A stretch of 64,000 nucleotides of DNA from assembly GCA_900319695.1 (NCBI GenBank), contig ONPN01000026.1, forward strand, positions 3,063-67,062, written 5' to 3'. Below the pieces are notes generated by a model. The model saw nothing but the letters and a program-made list of their open reading frames with translations, searched no databases and was not told the DNA's origin. Within the stretch, counting starts at the first letter, position 1. Each line of letters begins with the position of its first letter. Origin of the DNA: an uncultured Eubacteriales bacterium (lineage in GTDB: Bacteria > Bacillota > Clostridia > Oscillospirales > Oscillospiraceae). Below are positions 55,488 to 63,012 of this stretch, in pieces. Made by a program: the position numbers and the translations under genes.

Positions 55488-57170
55488 ATGGCTTTTACAC
55501 CCTGGTATAAGGATATGGTGGTCTACCACATCTGGCCCCGGAGCTTCTGCGACGGCGACGGCGACGGGATCGGCGATCTCTACGGCGTGCTCTACCGCCT
55601 GGACTATATCAAAAGCCTCGGCGTGGACGCGATCTGGTTCTCGCCGCTCTACCCCTCGCCCAACGCGGACTGGGGCTACGACATCTCAAACTATATGGAC
55701 ATCCACCCGGACTTCGGCAATCTGACGGTGTTCAAGCGGGTGCTGAAGGAGGCGCATGACCGCGGCCTGCGTGTGTTCATGGATCTCGTCATCAACCACA
55801 CCTCGGACGAACACCCCTGGTTCATCGAGAGCCGCAAGAGCAAGGACAATCCTTACCACAACTATTACCACTGGCGCTCCGGACGGCGCGGCAGCGGGGG
55901 CCGTCTCCTGCCTCCCAACAACTGGACAAGTATCTTCGACGGTGAGGCCTGGGAGTATGACAGTCAATTAGACGAATATTATTTACATTTGTTCGCAAAA
56001 AAACAGCCGGATTTAAATATGGACAATCCGAAAGTCCGGGACGAGGTCAAGCGCATCCTCCGCTTCTGGCTGGACATGGGGGTGGACGGCTTCCGGGAGG
56101 ACGTGATCACCTTCATCGCCAAGGCACCCGGCCTGCCCAACGCCTATCCGAAAATCCCCCTGGCCAACGGTCTGCGCCATTACTCCAACCGCCCCGAGAC
56201 GCACGAGTACTTGAAAGAGTTCAAGCGGGATGTGCTGAGCCAGTACGACTGCTTCATTGTCGGCGAGAGCCCCATGACCGACGCAAACACCGCCCTGCGC
56301 TACGTCACCGAGGGACCCAATCAGGTTCTCGACGAGATGATCGCCTTCTCCCACATGGAGGCGGACTGCTTCATGGTAGACACAATCCGCCGCCCCTTCA
56401 ATCTGGTCAAAATGAAAAAGGCCTTCAGCGACTGGCAGTACAAGCTGGCGGGCCGCGGCTGGAACGCCCTGTATATTGAAAACCACGACCATCCCCGCAT
56501 CATCAGCCGCTACGGCAGTGAGAAGTACCGCACCGAGAGCGGCAAGATGCTGGCCGCCATGTACATGCTGCAGAAGGGCACGCCATTTATCTATCAGGGG
56601 CAGGAGATCGGCATGACCAACATGCCCCTGCCGGAGCTCGACATGTACAAGGATGTCATGACCTTCAACTCCGCGCGCCTTCTGTCAAAGTTCCTGCCGC
56701 AGAAGAAAGTCCTCGCCTTCATTCAGCAGGGTACGCGCGAGAACGCCCGCAGCCCCATGCAGTGGGACGACGGGCCCAACGCGGGCTTCACCACCGGCAG
56801 ACCCTGGTTCTTTGTCAATGGCAATTTTGTTGAGGTCAACGTCCGCTCGGAGGATCGGGACCCCGACTCCCTTCTGAACTTCTACCGCCGCCTCATCGCT
56901 TTCCGCAAGACCACGGACGTGGTGCTGCGCGGCGATTACCGGGAGATCTACCCAAAGGACAAGAACTTTTACGTCTATGAGCGCCGCTATTTTGAGCAGC
57001 GTTTGCTCGTCATCTGCAGCTTCTCGCCGGAGCTCCAGCGCTTCAACGCCCCGGACGACGTAAACCTCGACAAGTGGCGGCTCGTTCTGCGCAATTATGA
57101 GACCTGCTTCAACATCGGCAACGGCTTCACCGCGCGCCCCTATGAGCTGCGGGTGTATATGTTAGAGTGA
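55488..57170 (+). CDS. GH13 alpha-glucosidase / oligo-1,6-glucosidase family
   Basis: YHIWPRSFCDGDGDGIGDL, DLVINHTSDEHPWF, GVDGFREDVI, VGES, ENHDHPR; 560 aa. Confidence 0.85.
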   Translation: MAFTPWYKDMVVYHIWPRSFCDGDGDGIGDLYGVLYRLDYIKSLGVDAIWFSPLYPSPNADWGYDISNYMDIHPDFGNLTVFKRVLKEAHDRGLRVFMDLVINHTSDEHPWFIESRKSKDNPYHNYYHWRSGRRGSGGRLLPPNNWTSIFDGEAWEYDSQLDEYYLHLFAKKQPDLNMDNPKVRDEVKRILRFWLDMGVDGFREDVITFIAKAPGLPNAYPKIPLANGLRHYSNRPETHEYLKEFKRDVLSQYDCFIVGESPMTDANTALRYVTEGPNQVLDEMIAFSHMEADCFMVDTIRRPFNLVKMKKAFSDWQYKLAGRGWNALYIENHDHPRIISRYGSEKYRTESGKMLAAMYMLQKGTPFIYQGQEIGMTNMPLPELDMYKDVMTFNSARLLSKFLPQKKVLAFIQQGTRENARSPMQWDDGPNAGFTTGRPWFFVNGNFVEVNVRSEDRDPDSLLNFYRRLIAFRKTTDVVLRGDYREIYPKDKNFYVYERRYFEQRLLVICSFSPELQRFNAPDDVNLDKWRLVLRNYETCFNIGNGFTARPYELRVYMLE

Positions 57171-57250
57171 AGAGTGGAGTTGTTGTGCGCCTGCGGCGCA
57201 ATTGAAAAACCCTCCGCGAAGCGGACACCGCAACTCTACTCTCCACTCTC
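57164..57250. repeat. GGAGT/ACTCC-armed palindromic element, copy C
   Basis: agagtgaagagtggagttgttgtgcgcctgcggcgcaattgaaaaaccctccgcgaagcggacaccgcaactctactctccactctc. It overlaps the GH13 stop codon. Confidence 0.8.
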
Positions 57251-57272
57251 AAAAAATCCGGAGGTACATGTC

Positions 57273-58139
57273 TTGACCACCATACACGAAAAGGCTTACG
57301 CCAAGCTCAACATCTCCCTCGACGCGGCCGAACGGCGCGCCGACGGCTACCACGATATGACCATGGTCATGCAGACCGTCACCCTCTGTGACGATGTGCG
57401 CATCGACTTTAACGACACGGGCCGTGTCCAGGCCAAATCGAACCTCCACTTCGTTCCCGGGGATGAGCGCAACCTCGCCGTCCGCGCGGCCCTGCAGTAC
57501 CTGCGCTCTGTCGGCAAGGAGGGTCAGGGCATGACCGTCACGCTTGACAAGCGTGTCCCGGTCGGCGCGGGCATGGGCGGCGGCTCCTCGGATGCGGCGG
57601 CGGTCCTGCGCGCCCTGAACCGGCATTACGCTTGCCTTACGCCCGCAGAGCTTGAGACGCTCTCCGCCTCGGTGGGCTCCGACGTGCCCTTCTGCGTGCG
57701 CGGCGGCACCGCCCTCGCCACGGGAAGGGGCGAAAAGCTCGAGTCCCTGCCGGACATGCCGGACTGCGAATTTCTGATCTGCAAGCCGGACTTCTCCGTC
57801 TCCACGCCCGAGCTTTTCCGCAAGCTGGATCAGACCGGCATCCGCTGCCACCCCGACACCGTCGGCATTGTGGAGGCCCTGCGCGACGGCGACCTGGACC
57901 GCATCTGCCGCCGTATGTACAACGTCTTTGAGGATGTGGACGACCGGCGCCTGCGGGCGGTCAAGGAGATCAAAGGCCGCCTGCTGGACTGCGGCGCGCT
58001 CGGCTCGATTATGACCGGCACCGGCTCCGCCGTCTTCGGCGTCTTCCGCCGAGGCGCCATCCCCGCCAAAGCCTGCGAAGAGCTGCGCAAAGAGTACGGC
58101 TTCTGTGAAAAAGCGGAGTGCGTGGGGAGGCTGAACTGA
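57273..58139 (+). CDS. ispE: 4-diphosphocytidyl-2-C-methyl-D-erythritol kinase
   Basis: ORF 57174..58139; start proposed at TTG 57273, 8 nt after GGAGG. AKLNISL..., GHMP motif PVGAGMGGGSSDAAAVL, SGTGSAVFG-like MTGTGSAVFG. Confidence 0.85.
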   Translation: MTTIHEKAYAKLNISLDAAERRADGYHDMTMVMQTVTLCDDVRIDFNDTGRVQAKSNLHFVPGDERNLAVRAALQYLRSVGKEGQGMTVTLDKRVPVGAGMGGGSSDAAAVLRALNRHYACLTPAELETLSASVGSDVPFCVRGGTALATGRGEKLESLPDMPDCEFLICKPDFSVSTPELFRKLDQTGIRCHPDTVGIVEALRDGDLDRICRRMYNVFEDVDDRRLRAVKEIKGRLLDCGALGSIMTGTGSAVFGVFRRGAIPAKACEELRKEYGFCEKAECVGRLN

Positions 58140-58253
58140 GTGTGGAGTTTGGAGAGTGGAGTTTGAAGTTATGGTGTCGCTTCGCGACGAGTTTAAATCA
58201 TCCGCGAAGCGGATACCTAAACTCCGCTCTCCACTCTTCACTCTTCACTCTCC
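58138..58253. repeat. GGAGT/ACTCC-armed palindromic element, copy D
   Basis: gagtgtggagtttggagagtggagtttgaagttatggtgtcgcttcgcgac...tccgcgaagcggatacctaaactccgctctccactcttcactcttcactctcc. Confidence 0.8.
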
Positions 58254-58332
58254 TGACTCGTCCCCCGGTTTAAAACCAGAAACTCCCGCCCATACTGTAT
58301 GTGTAAATGAACATACGGAGGGCGGGCTTTTC

Positions 58333-58932
58333 ATGGACAAATCCAGACACTTATACATCTGGGAGCTGGCAGCGCTGATTTCCCTGTGCGTGTGCCTTTT
58401 GACGGGGCTATGGGCCCAGGGGCGGCAGAGCCGCGTCGCGGACAGTCTTGTGCGCCTGCATGTGCTGGCGGTGTCCGACGAGCCATATGAGCAGGCTGTC
58501 AAGCTGCGCGTGCGCGACGCCGTGCTTCAATACCTGGCACCGAAGCTCTCGGGCGTCGAAAGCGCCGACCGGGCCGAGGCGGTCCTTTCAGACTCGCTGG
58601 ACGAGATCCGCTCTGCCGCCGAGACCGCCGCCGAGGGCCGCGAGGTCCATGTGACCCTCGGCGACGAGCGCTACCCCACACGGGAGTATGAGGGCTTCGC
58701 CCTTCCGGCGGGACGTTACCGCTCTCTGCGCGTGGTGCTGGGCGAGGGCAAAGGGCATAACTGGTGGTGCGTAGTCTTTCCGCCGGTCTGCCTCGCCGCC
58801 GCCCAGCGCGAGGCGGTCCGTCCCGTCATGCGCCCCGAGGACTACGCCCTCATCACGCAGGAGGAGGGCTGGCAGCTCAAGTTCCGCATTGTGGAGCTCT
58901 GGGGAGAACTCTTAGAGAGTTTGGAGTTTTGA
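58333..58932 (+). CDS. spoIIR: stage II sporulation protein R
   Basis: ORF 58156..58932; start moved to ATG 58333. TM/signal segment, then RLHVLAVSDEPYEQAVKLRVRDAVL...GKGHNWWCVVFPPVC. Confidence 0.85.
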   Translation: MDKSRHLYIWELAALISLCVCLLTGLWAQGRQSRVADSLVRLHVLAVSDEPYEQAVKLRVRDAVLQYLAPKLSGVESADRAEAVLSDSLDEIRSAAETAAEGREVHVTLGDERYPTREYEGFALPAGRYRSLRVVLGEGKGHNWWCVVFPPVCLAAAQREAVRPVMRPEDYALITQEEGWQLKFRIVELWGELLESLEF

Positions 58933-59024
58933 GTGTGGAGTGTGGAGTTATGGTATCCGCTTCGCGGATGATTATAAATAGTCGCGCAGCAACACCTTCA
59001 CCCAACACTCCGCACTCATCCTCT
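58913..59024. repeat. GGAGT/ACTCC-armed palindromic element, copy E
   Basis: agagagtttggagttttgagtgtggagtgtggagttatggtatccgcttcgcggatgattataaatagtcgcgcagcaacacc... It supplies the last codons (..ESLEF*) of spoIIR. Confidence 0.8.
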
Positions 59025-59249
59025 TCTCCCGCGCGGATTGAAGCGCACTGCCCGGCTGCACGGGCCGCAGCCCGGCTTGATCGGCGGAGGGGGCGGAGGC
59101 GGAAAAGGTCCGGGAGGCGGGGGCGGCGGGAAAGGCCCCGGCGGCATGAAGGGCGGCGGCTTAGGCCCCGGGCCCATCACGCGGTCCCAGACCTCGGGGA
59201 AGGGGCGCAGCCGCCTCTCCCAGTCGTTGTTTCGATGGTTGTTTTTCAA
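59016..59249 (-). CDS. possible small proline-rich protein (very uncertain)
   Basis: TTG-start ORF: MKNNHRNNDWERRLRPFPEVWDRVMGPGPKPPPFMPPGPFPPPPPPGPFPPPPPPPIK... No convincing RBS. Low-complexity G/C-rich DNA that is open on both strands. Confidence 0.2.
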   Translation of the reverse strand: MKNNHRNNDWERRLRPFPEVWDRVMGPGPKPPPFMPPGPFPPPPPPGPFPPPPPPPIKPGCGPCSRAVRFNPRGRRG

Positions 59250-59343
59250 TGGAGCATCACCGCTCTATTCTACGCAAGCACTTGCAAAGCGGTGCAAAAT
59301 ATGCGATAATTCCCGCAGAAAAAACGATTCGGAGGGAGTACAT

Positions 59344-60075
59344 ATGGCGAGATTCTTCATGGCGGGGACCAACATCAAGGGCGGTACCGCCATCATCCGC
59401 GGCCGCGACGCTGAGCATGTGCGCGTGCTGCGCCTGCGTCCGGGCGAGGACGTGGTGATCTGCGACGGCGAGGGGACCGATTACAAGTGCCGCCTCGTCT
59501 ACGCCGACAAGGAGCAGGCCGAGGCCGAGGTGCTGGAAGTCGTACCCTGCCCGGCGGAGCCCACAGTCAAGACCACGCTGCTCTGCGGTCTGCCCAAAGG
59601 CGACCGTGTGGACTACATCATCCAGAAGGGCGTGGAGGCCGGCGCGTACGAGATCCTGTTCTTTAACTGTGAGCGCTGCGTTGCCCGGCCTGAGAATCCC
59701 GAGAAGAAACTGGAGCGCTGGCAGCGCATTGCCGAGGAGGCCGCCAAGCAGTCGGGCCGCGGCATCATCCCGCAGGTCGGCTGGGCGGGGGATTTTGCCC
59801 AGGCGCTGGACGCGGCGGTCAAAAAAGACCTCGGCCTGTTCATGTACGAGACCGGTGAGCGTGAGGCCCTCAACGCCGTGCTGGAGGAAAACAAAACCGT
59901 TGCCACCGCCGCGATCATCACCGGCCCCGAGGGCGGCTTTGCGGAGTTTGAGGCAAAGCTCGCCAAGGTCTGCGGCCTGCACGTCTGCTCCATGGGCGAG
60001 CGCATCCTCCGCTGCGAGACCGCCCCGATCGTCGCCCTCACGGCGCTGATGTATGCGACGGGAAATCTTGCGTAA
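59344..60075 (+). CDS. rsmE: 16S rRNA (uracil1498-N3)-methyltransferase
   Basis: ORF 59038..60075; start moved to ATG 59344 (MARFFMAG...). Motifs HVRVLRLRPGE, KGDRVDYIIQKGVEAGA, ITGPEGGF, RILRCETA. Confidence 0.85.
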   Translation: MARFFMAGTNIKGGTAIIRGRDAEHVRVLRLRPGEDVVICDGEGTDYKCRLVYADKEQAEAEVLEVVPCPAEPTVKTTLLCGLPKGDRVDYIIQKGVEAGAYEILFFNCERCVARPENPEKKLERWQRIAEEAAKQSGRGIIPQVGWAGDFAQALDAAVKKDLGLFMYETGEREALNAVLEENKTVATAAIITGPEGGFAEFEAKLAKVCGLHVCSMGERILRCETAPIVALTALMYATGNLA

Positions 60076-60267
60076 TACTGGTCTCCCATAAAACGGCTTA
60101 AAGCCGTTTTATAGTGCCAAAGGCACGTCGGAGACCTATGAGACGTGTTTTGTGCCCGAGGGCACAAAACTAGCCGTTTTAACGAAAAACAGTATAAAAA
60201 CAAAATCGCCCCGGGCGGCGCGGAGCCTTCCCTGGAGCGTCAGCAAAAATATTTAAAATAGAAACAA

Positions 60268-60316
60268 CCCTTGACTGCGGCGATTTTTTCCCGTTCGCCT
60301 CTTCAGCAGTCAAGGG
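60268..60316. terminator. bidirectional terminator hairpin
   Basis: cccttgactgc...gcagtcaaggg, an 11-bp stem with a 27-nt loop and T-rich tails on both strands. Confidence 0.55.
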
Positions 60317-60711
60317 CTATTTCTTTGAGATCTTAGTATCTAACATCCTGGTTACCTCTCTTTCTTCATATTTCGGAGCGCTGCCTCGCCAACGGGACCA
60401 TTTCTCCAGCTCACAACATTTGATCGTTTTACGATATTCCCGAATGTGGGATGAACAAGGTGGCTGTTGTCCTCCTGATATTTTGGGCCTGCAGCGCGCC
60501 CCCCATGTTTGATCGCTCCGATGTTCGATCCGGGGTTAGCGGAAAGTGGATTGTTTTGATCTCCCTTTCTGGCTATAATATAGCAGACCCCAGACGCTTT
60601 TGCAAGATGGGATAGTACCCGAAAAGAGCGAACCTGTTTTGTTTAAATAACACAAATTTACTTAAAAAATCTGATCTGCAGCCCATATGCTATTGACATT
60701 TTGACGAAAAA

Positions 60712-60739
60712 ATCATATGCTGAATAAGCTGTGTGTCAA
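60712..60739 (-). promoter_or_regulatory. promoter of an orphan minus-strand transcription unit
   Basis: On the minus strand: TTGACA (60739-60734), 16 nt, TATGAT (60717-60712), immediately after the terminator of the upstream gene. Confidence 0.45.
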
Positions 60740-60743
60740 AAGT

Positions 60744-60773
60744 GCTCCCCCGCCGGTTCATCGGCGGGGGAGC
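60744..60773 (-). terminator. terminator downstream of the acyltransferase-like gene
   Basis: gctcccccgccg-gttca-tcggcgggggagc, 9 nt past the stop at 60782. Confidence 0.75.
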
Positions 60774-60781
60774 TTGTGCGT

Positions 60782-61663
60782 TCAATATATATCCTCCACA
60801 ACCTTCGTGGGGGGCTGCTCCAGAATCTCGGGGTGCTGGAAGATGTAGCGCCAGGCCTGGAACGCCTGGGCCCAGTAGTGGCCGTCTACGGTGCGCTCGT
60901 CCAAGGTGAACTTGACGTCGACGTATTTGCGGTCGACCATATTGCCGTGGCGATCCAGCTCATAGACATGGTGTTTCGCGCCAAAGGCAATAAAGGCTGG
61001 CAGAGTGCCGAAGTTGTAGATGTGGTGAAACACCGGCCTGATGCGCAGGGAGCCGAGGTCCGTCACAATGAAGGAGCCGTGGAAGGGGCTGGCCTCAACC
61101 AGACTCTCGGGCAGCCAGCCGAAGTAGTCCATAATGCGCAGAATCGCGATGGCAAAGCGCAGCAGGATACGCGGCAGGCGGCAGATGGCCTCGGCCACAT
61201 CCTCGGTGGTGTTGTGCTCGTCGCTGGCCTTGACCTCTTCGATTTTTTCGTTTAGCTTGCGGTATACGTCAAAGATGGTGTCCGTCGGGGAGAAATGCAC
61301 CTTGATGGAGGTCTCGGTGGCGTCAATGGAGAGGGAGCGCTTGACGGTCATAATGACGGAGATGTCGTTTGCGGCGTAGATGCGGCGGCCGACGACGAAG
61401 CGGTTGATGCCGGGCAGCATGGAGACGATGCGGATATAGGCCGCAATAATAAAGTGCAGCATGCCGATGCCCTTATAGCCCTCGACGCGCAGCCTGCGCA
61501 GTCTGCGGTCAACCTCGGTGATCTCCATACTCTCGTCATAGAGGTTGCAGGAATCATTGCGGGTAGTCATGATATAGGGCGAGAACTTGGCGTAGGCGGG
61601 CAGGGAGCGGATCAGGCGTCCGTCCTTGCGGTCGCCGAAGCGCCGTCTGTTGTTTTTTGCCAT
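60782..61663 (-). CDS. 2-oxoacid dehydrogenase E2/CAT-like acyltransferase-fold protein without lipoyl domain
   Basis: 293 aa; AAAGGAG RBS. The C-terminal motif reads DERTVDGHY where the family has DHRxxDG. Assignment is by motif recall only. Confidence 0.5.
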   Translation of the reverse strand: MAKNNRRRFGDRKDGRLIRSLPAYAKFSPYIMTTRNDSCNLYDESMEITEVDRRLRRLRVEGYKGIGMLHFIIAAYIRIVSMLPGINRFVVGRRIYAANDISVIMTVKRSLSIDATETSIKVHFSPTDTIFDVYRKLNEKIEEVKASDEHNTTEDVAEAICRLPRILLRFAIAILRIMDYFGWLPESLVEASPFHGSFIVTDLGSLRIRPVFHHIYNFGTLPAFIAFGAKHHVYELDRHGNMVDRKYVDVKFTLDERTVDGHYWAQAFQAWRYIFQHPEILEQPPTKVVEDIY

Positions 61664-61840
61664 GGCAGAAAGCTCCTTTTATCTGTTAAGCGAGAATTGC
61701 GTTAGAAAGTCTATATATTATACAAAGAAAGTCGCTGAATAGCAAGCCCCGGTTTTCCAAATTCGTGGGGCTGAACTGTCAAAACAGAGGCCAAAAACAG
61801 GCAAAAATCACCAAAAATCGCCGGACTTCCCATTCCTGCC

Positions 61841-61869
61841 TTGCAATGTCCGGTCCGCTGTGATATATC
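61841..61869 (+). promoter_or_regulatory. promoter of xpt
   Basis: TTGCAA-17-TATATC. The -10 element ends exactly where the duplicated 131-nt repeat begins. Confidence 0.45.
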
Positions 61870-61999
61870 TATAAAAGCTGACGCTTTTATAGTTTATTGA
61901 GTGTGCGAAATCCTCGCCGCTCACGCGGCAACCGGATTTCATGCACATGTAAATCCCCATGAATCAGCTTTTATTCATTGTGGCGAGGCTTGCCGCATG
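61869..61999. repeat. structured ~131-nt repeat, copy 2 (first copy at 36675-36807); forms the xpt leader and first codons
   Basis: Hairpin ctataaaag-ctgacg-cttttatag. A long imperfect hairpin gtgcgaaatcc..gccgc-tcac-gcggc..ggatttc..gcac. Then gtaaatccccatgaatcagcttttattcattgtggcgaggcttgccgcatg. Confidence 0.85.
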
Positions 62000-62546
62000 T
62001 CTCGCCGACGGCAAACTGCTGCCGGGCGGCATTCTCAAGGTCGATAACTTCCTCAACCACCAGATGGATCCCATGCTTCTGCTGGCGATGGCCAAGGAGT
62101 GGAAGCGCCTGTTTGACGGTGAGGACGTCAACAAAATCCTCACAATTGAAGCCTCCGGCATCGCCATGGCGATCCTCGCCGGACTGGAGTTTCGGTGCCC
62201 TGTGGTCTTCGCCAAGAAGAGCAAGACGAAAAACATCTCCGATAACCTCTACCAGACGGAGGTGCCTTCCTTTACCCACGGCAACACCAACACCGTCGTC
62301 GTGTCAAAGGCCTATCTCGGCTCTGAGGATCGGGTGCTGCTGATCGACGACTTCCTCGCCACGGGCGCGGCCCTGATCGGACTCAAGGATCTGGTCGAGC
62401 AGGCAGGCGCGACGCTTGTGGGCGCGGGCGCGGCGATCGAGAAGCGCTTCCAGGGCGGCGGCGACGCGCTGAGGGCGCAGGGCGTAAGGGTCGAGTCCCT
62501 GGCCAGAATCGTGGAGATGAACGACGCCGGAATCAAGTTTGGCTGA
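61959..62546 (+). CDS. xpt: xanthine phosphoribosyltransferase
   Basis: ILKVDNFLNHQMDP..., ILTIEASGIA, PRPP motif VLLIDDFLATGAA, VESLARI. The start is uncertain (ATG 61959 or GTG 61980): both lie in repeat sequence and neither has a good RBS. Confidence 0.8.
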   Translation: MNQLLFIVARLAACLADGKLLPGGILKVDNFLNHQMDPMLLLAMAKEWKRLFDGEDVNKILTIEASGIAMAILAGLEFRCPVVFAKKSKTKNISDNLYQTEVPSFTHGNTNTVVVSKAYLGSEDRVLLIDDFLATGAALIGLKDLVEQAGATLVGAGAAIEKRFQGGGDALRAQGVRVESLARIVEMNDAGIKFG

Positions 62547-62674
62547 GTTAGCTTAAAAAACTTGAAACGCTTGCAGCGCAAGGCTTCAGACCCATGAATG
62601 GTAAATTCAGGAATTTATGCAAAGCATACAAATTTCAACTTCCAGTTCTGGCGAAAACTTACAAGAACTCACAG

Positions 62675-62703
62675 TTGACTTTTTCGACAAAGCCTGTTAT
62701 TGT
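62675..62703 (+). promoter_or_regulatory. promoter upstream of the purine riboswitch
   Basis: TTGACT-17-TATTGT, about 30 nt upstream of the aptamer P1 stem. Confidence 0.45.
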
Positions 62704-62733
62704 TATGCCATCCAAGGGACAAGTGAATATCTG

Positions 62734-62803
62734 CTCGATATATAGCAAATGATATGGATTTGAAGTTTCTACCCGGACGCCGTAAATGACCGGACTATCG
62801 AAG
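62734..62803 (+). promoter_or_regulatory. purine riboswitch aptamer (guanine/xanthine type, C at the specificity position)
   Basis: ctcgataTATAgcaaatGATATGGatttgAAGTTTCTACccggacgCCGTAAATgaccggACTatcgaag aligns with the B. subtilis xpt guanine aptamer: P1 tcgata/tatcga, L2 GATATGG, J2/3 AGTTTCTAC, L3 CCGTAAAT, J3/1 ACT. Confidence 0.85.
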
Positions 62804-62848
62804 TTCCCAACAGGGGCGGAGTGTTCCTTCGACCCTTTGGTGTTTTTT

Positions 62849-62892
62849 GCATTGGTACCGGGCGCCGATCGTCCGCGCCAATGCCTTTTTAT
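62849..62892 (+). terminator. riboswitch expression-platform terminator
   Basis: gcattgg..gcg..cgc..ccaatgc followed by cttttta, 45 nt after the aptamer. Confidence 0.65.
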
Positions 62893-63012
62893 TCCGCAAT
62901 GACGCTGCCGCGAAAGACCTTGCCCGCGTTTTTCACGGCGGCGTCGCTTTCCCCCACATATCGACGGGCCCGGTGCCCGGTGATATAAATTATTTCTAAA
63001 AGGAGTAACAAC

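Noticed and set aside
59038-59343. Long N-terminal extension of rsmE (GGGGGGKGPGGGGGGKGPGG...) implied by the ORF track.
   Set aside because: It is Gly-rich low complexity that starts inside repeat copy E. The canonical RsmE N-terminus MARFF... begins at 59344 with upstream GGAGGGAG.
60451-60624. 57-aa plus-strand ORF (MNKVAVVLLIFWACSAPPMF...) with a signal-peptide-like start.
   Set aside because: It has no Shine-Dalgarno within range and a poor-looking C-terminal half. It also lies antisense to the better-defined promoter/terminator unit. It is kept only as a note inside the orphan-unit finding.
60693-60721. Plus-strand promoter-like TTGACA-17-TATGCT, facing the minus-strand promoter.
   Set aside because: It would fire directly into the terminator hairpin and then antisense into the convergent gene. 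There is no downstream product, so I treat it as coincidental or as part of a face-to-face arrangement I cannot evaluate.
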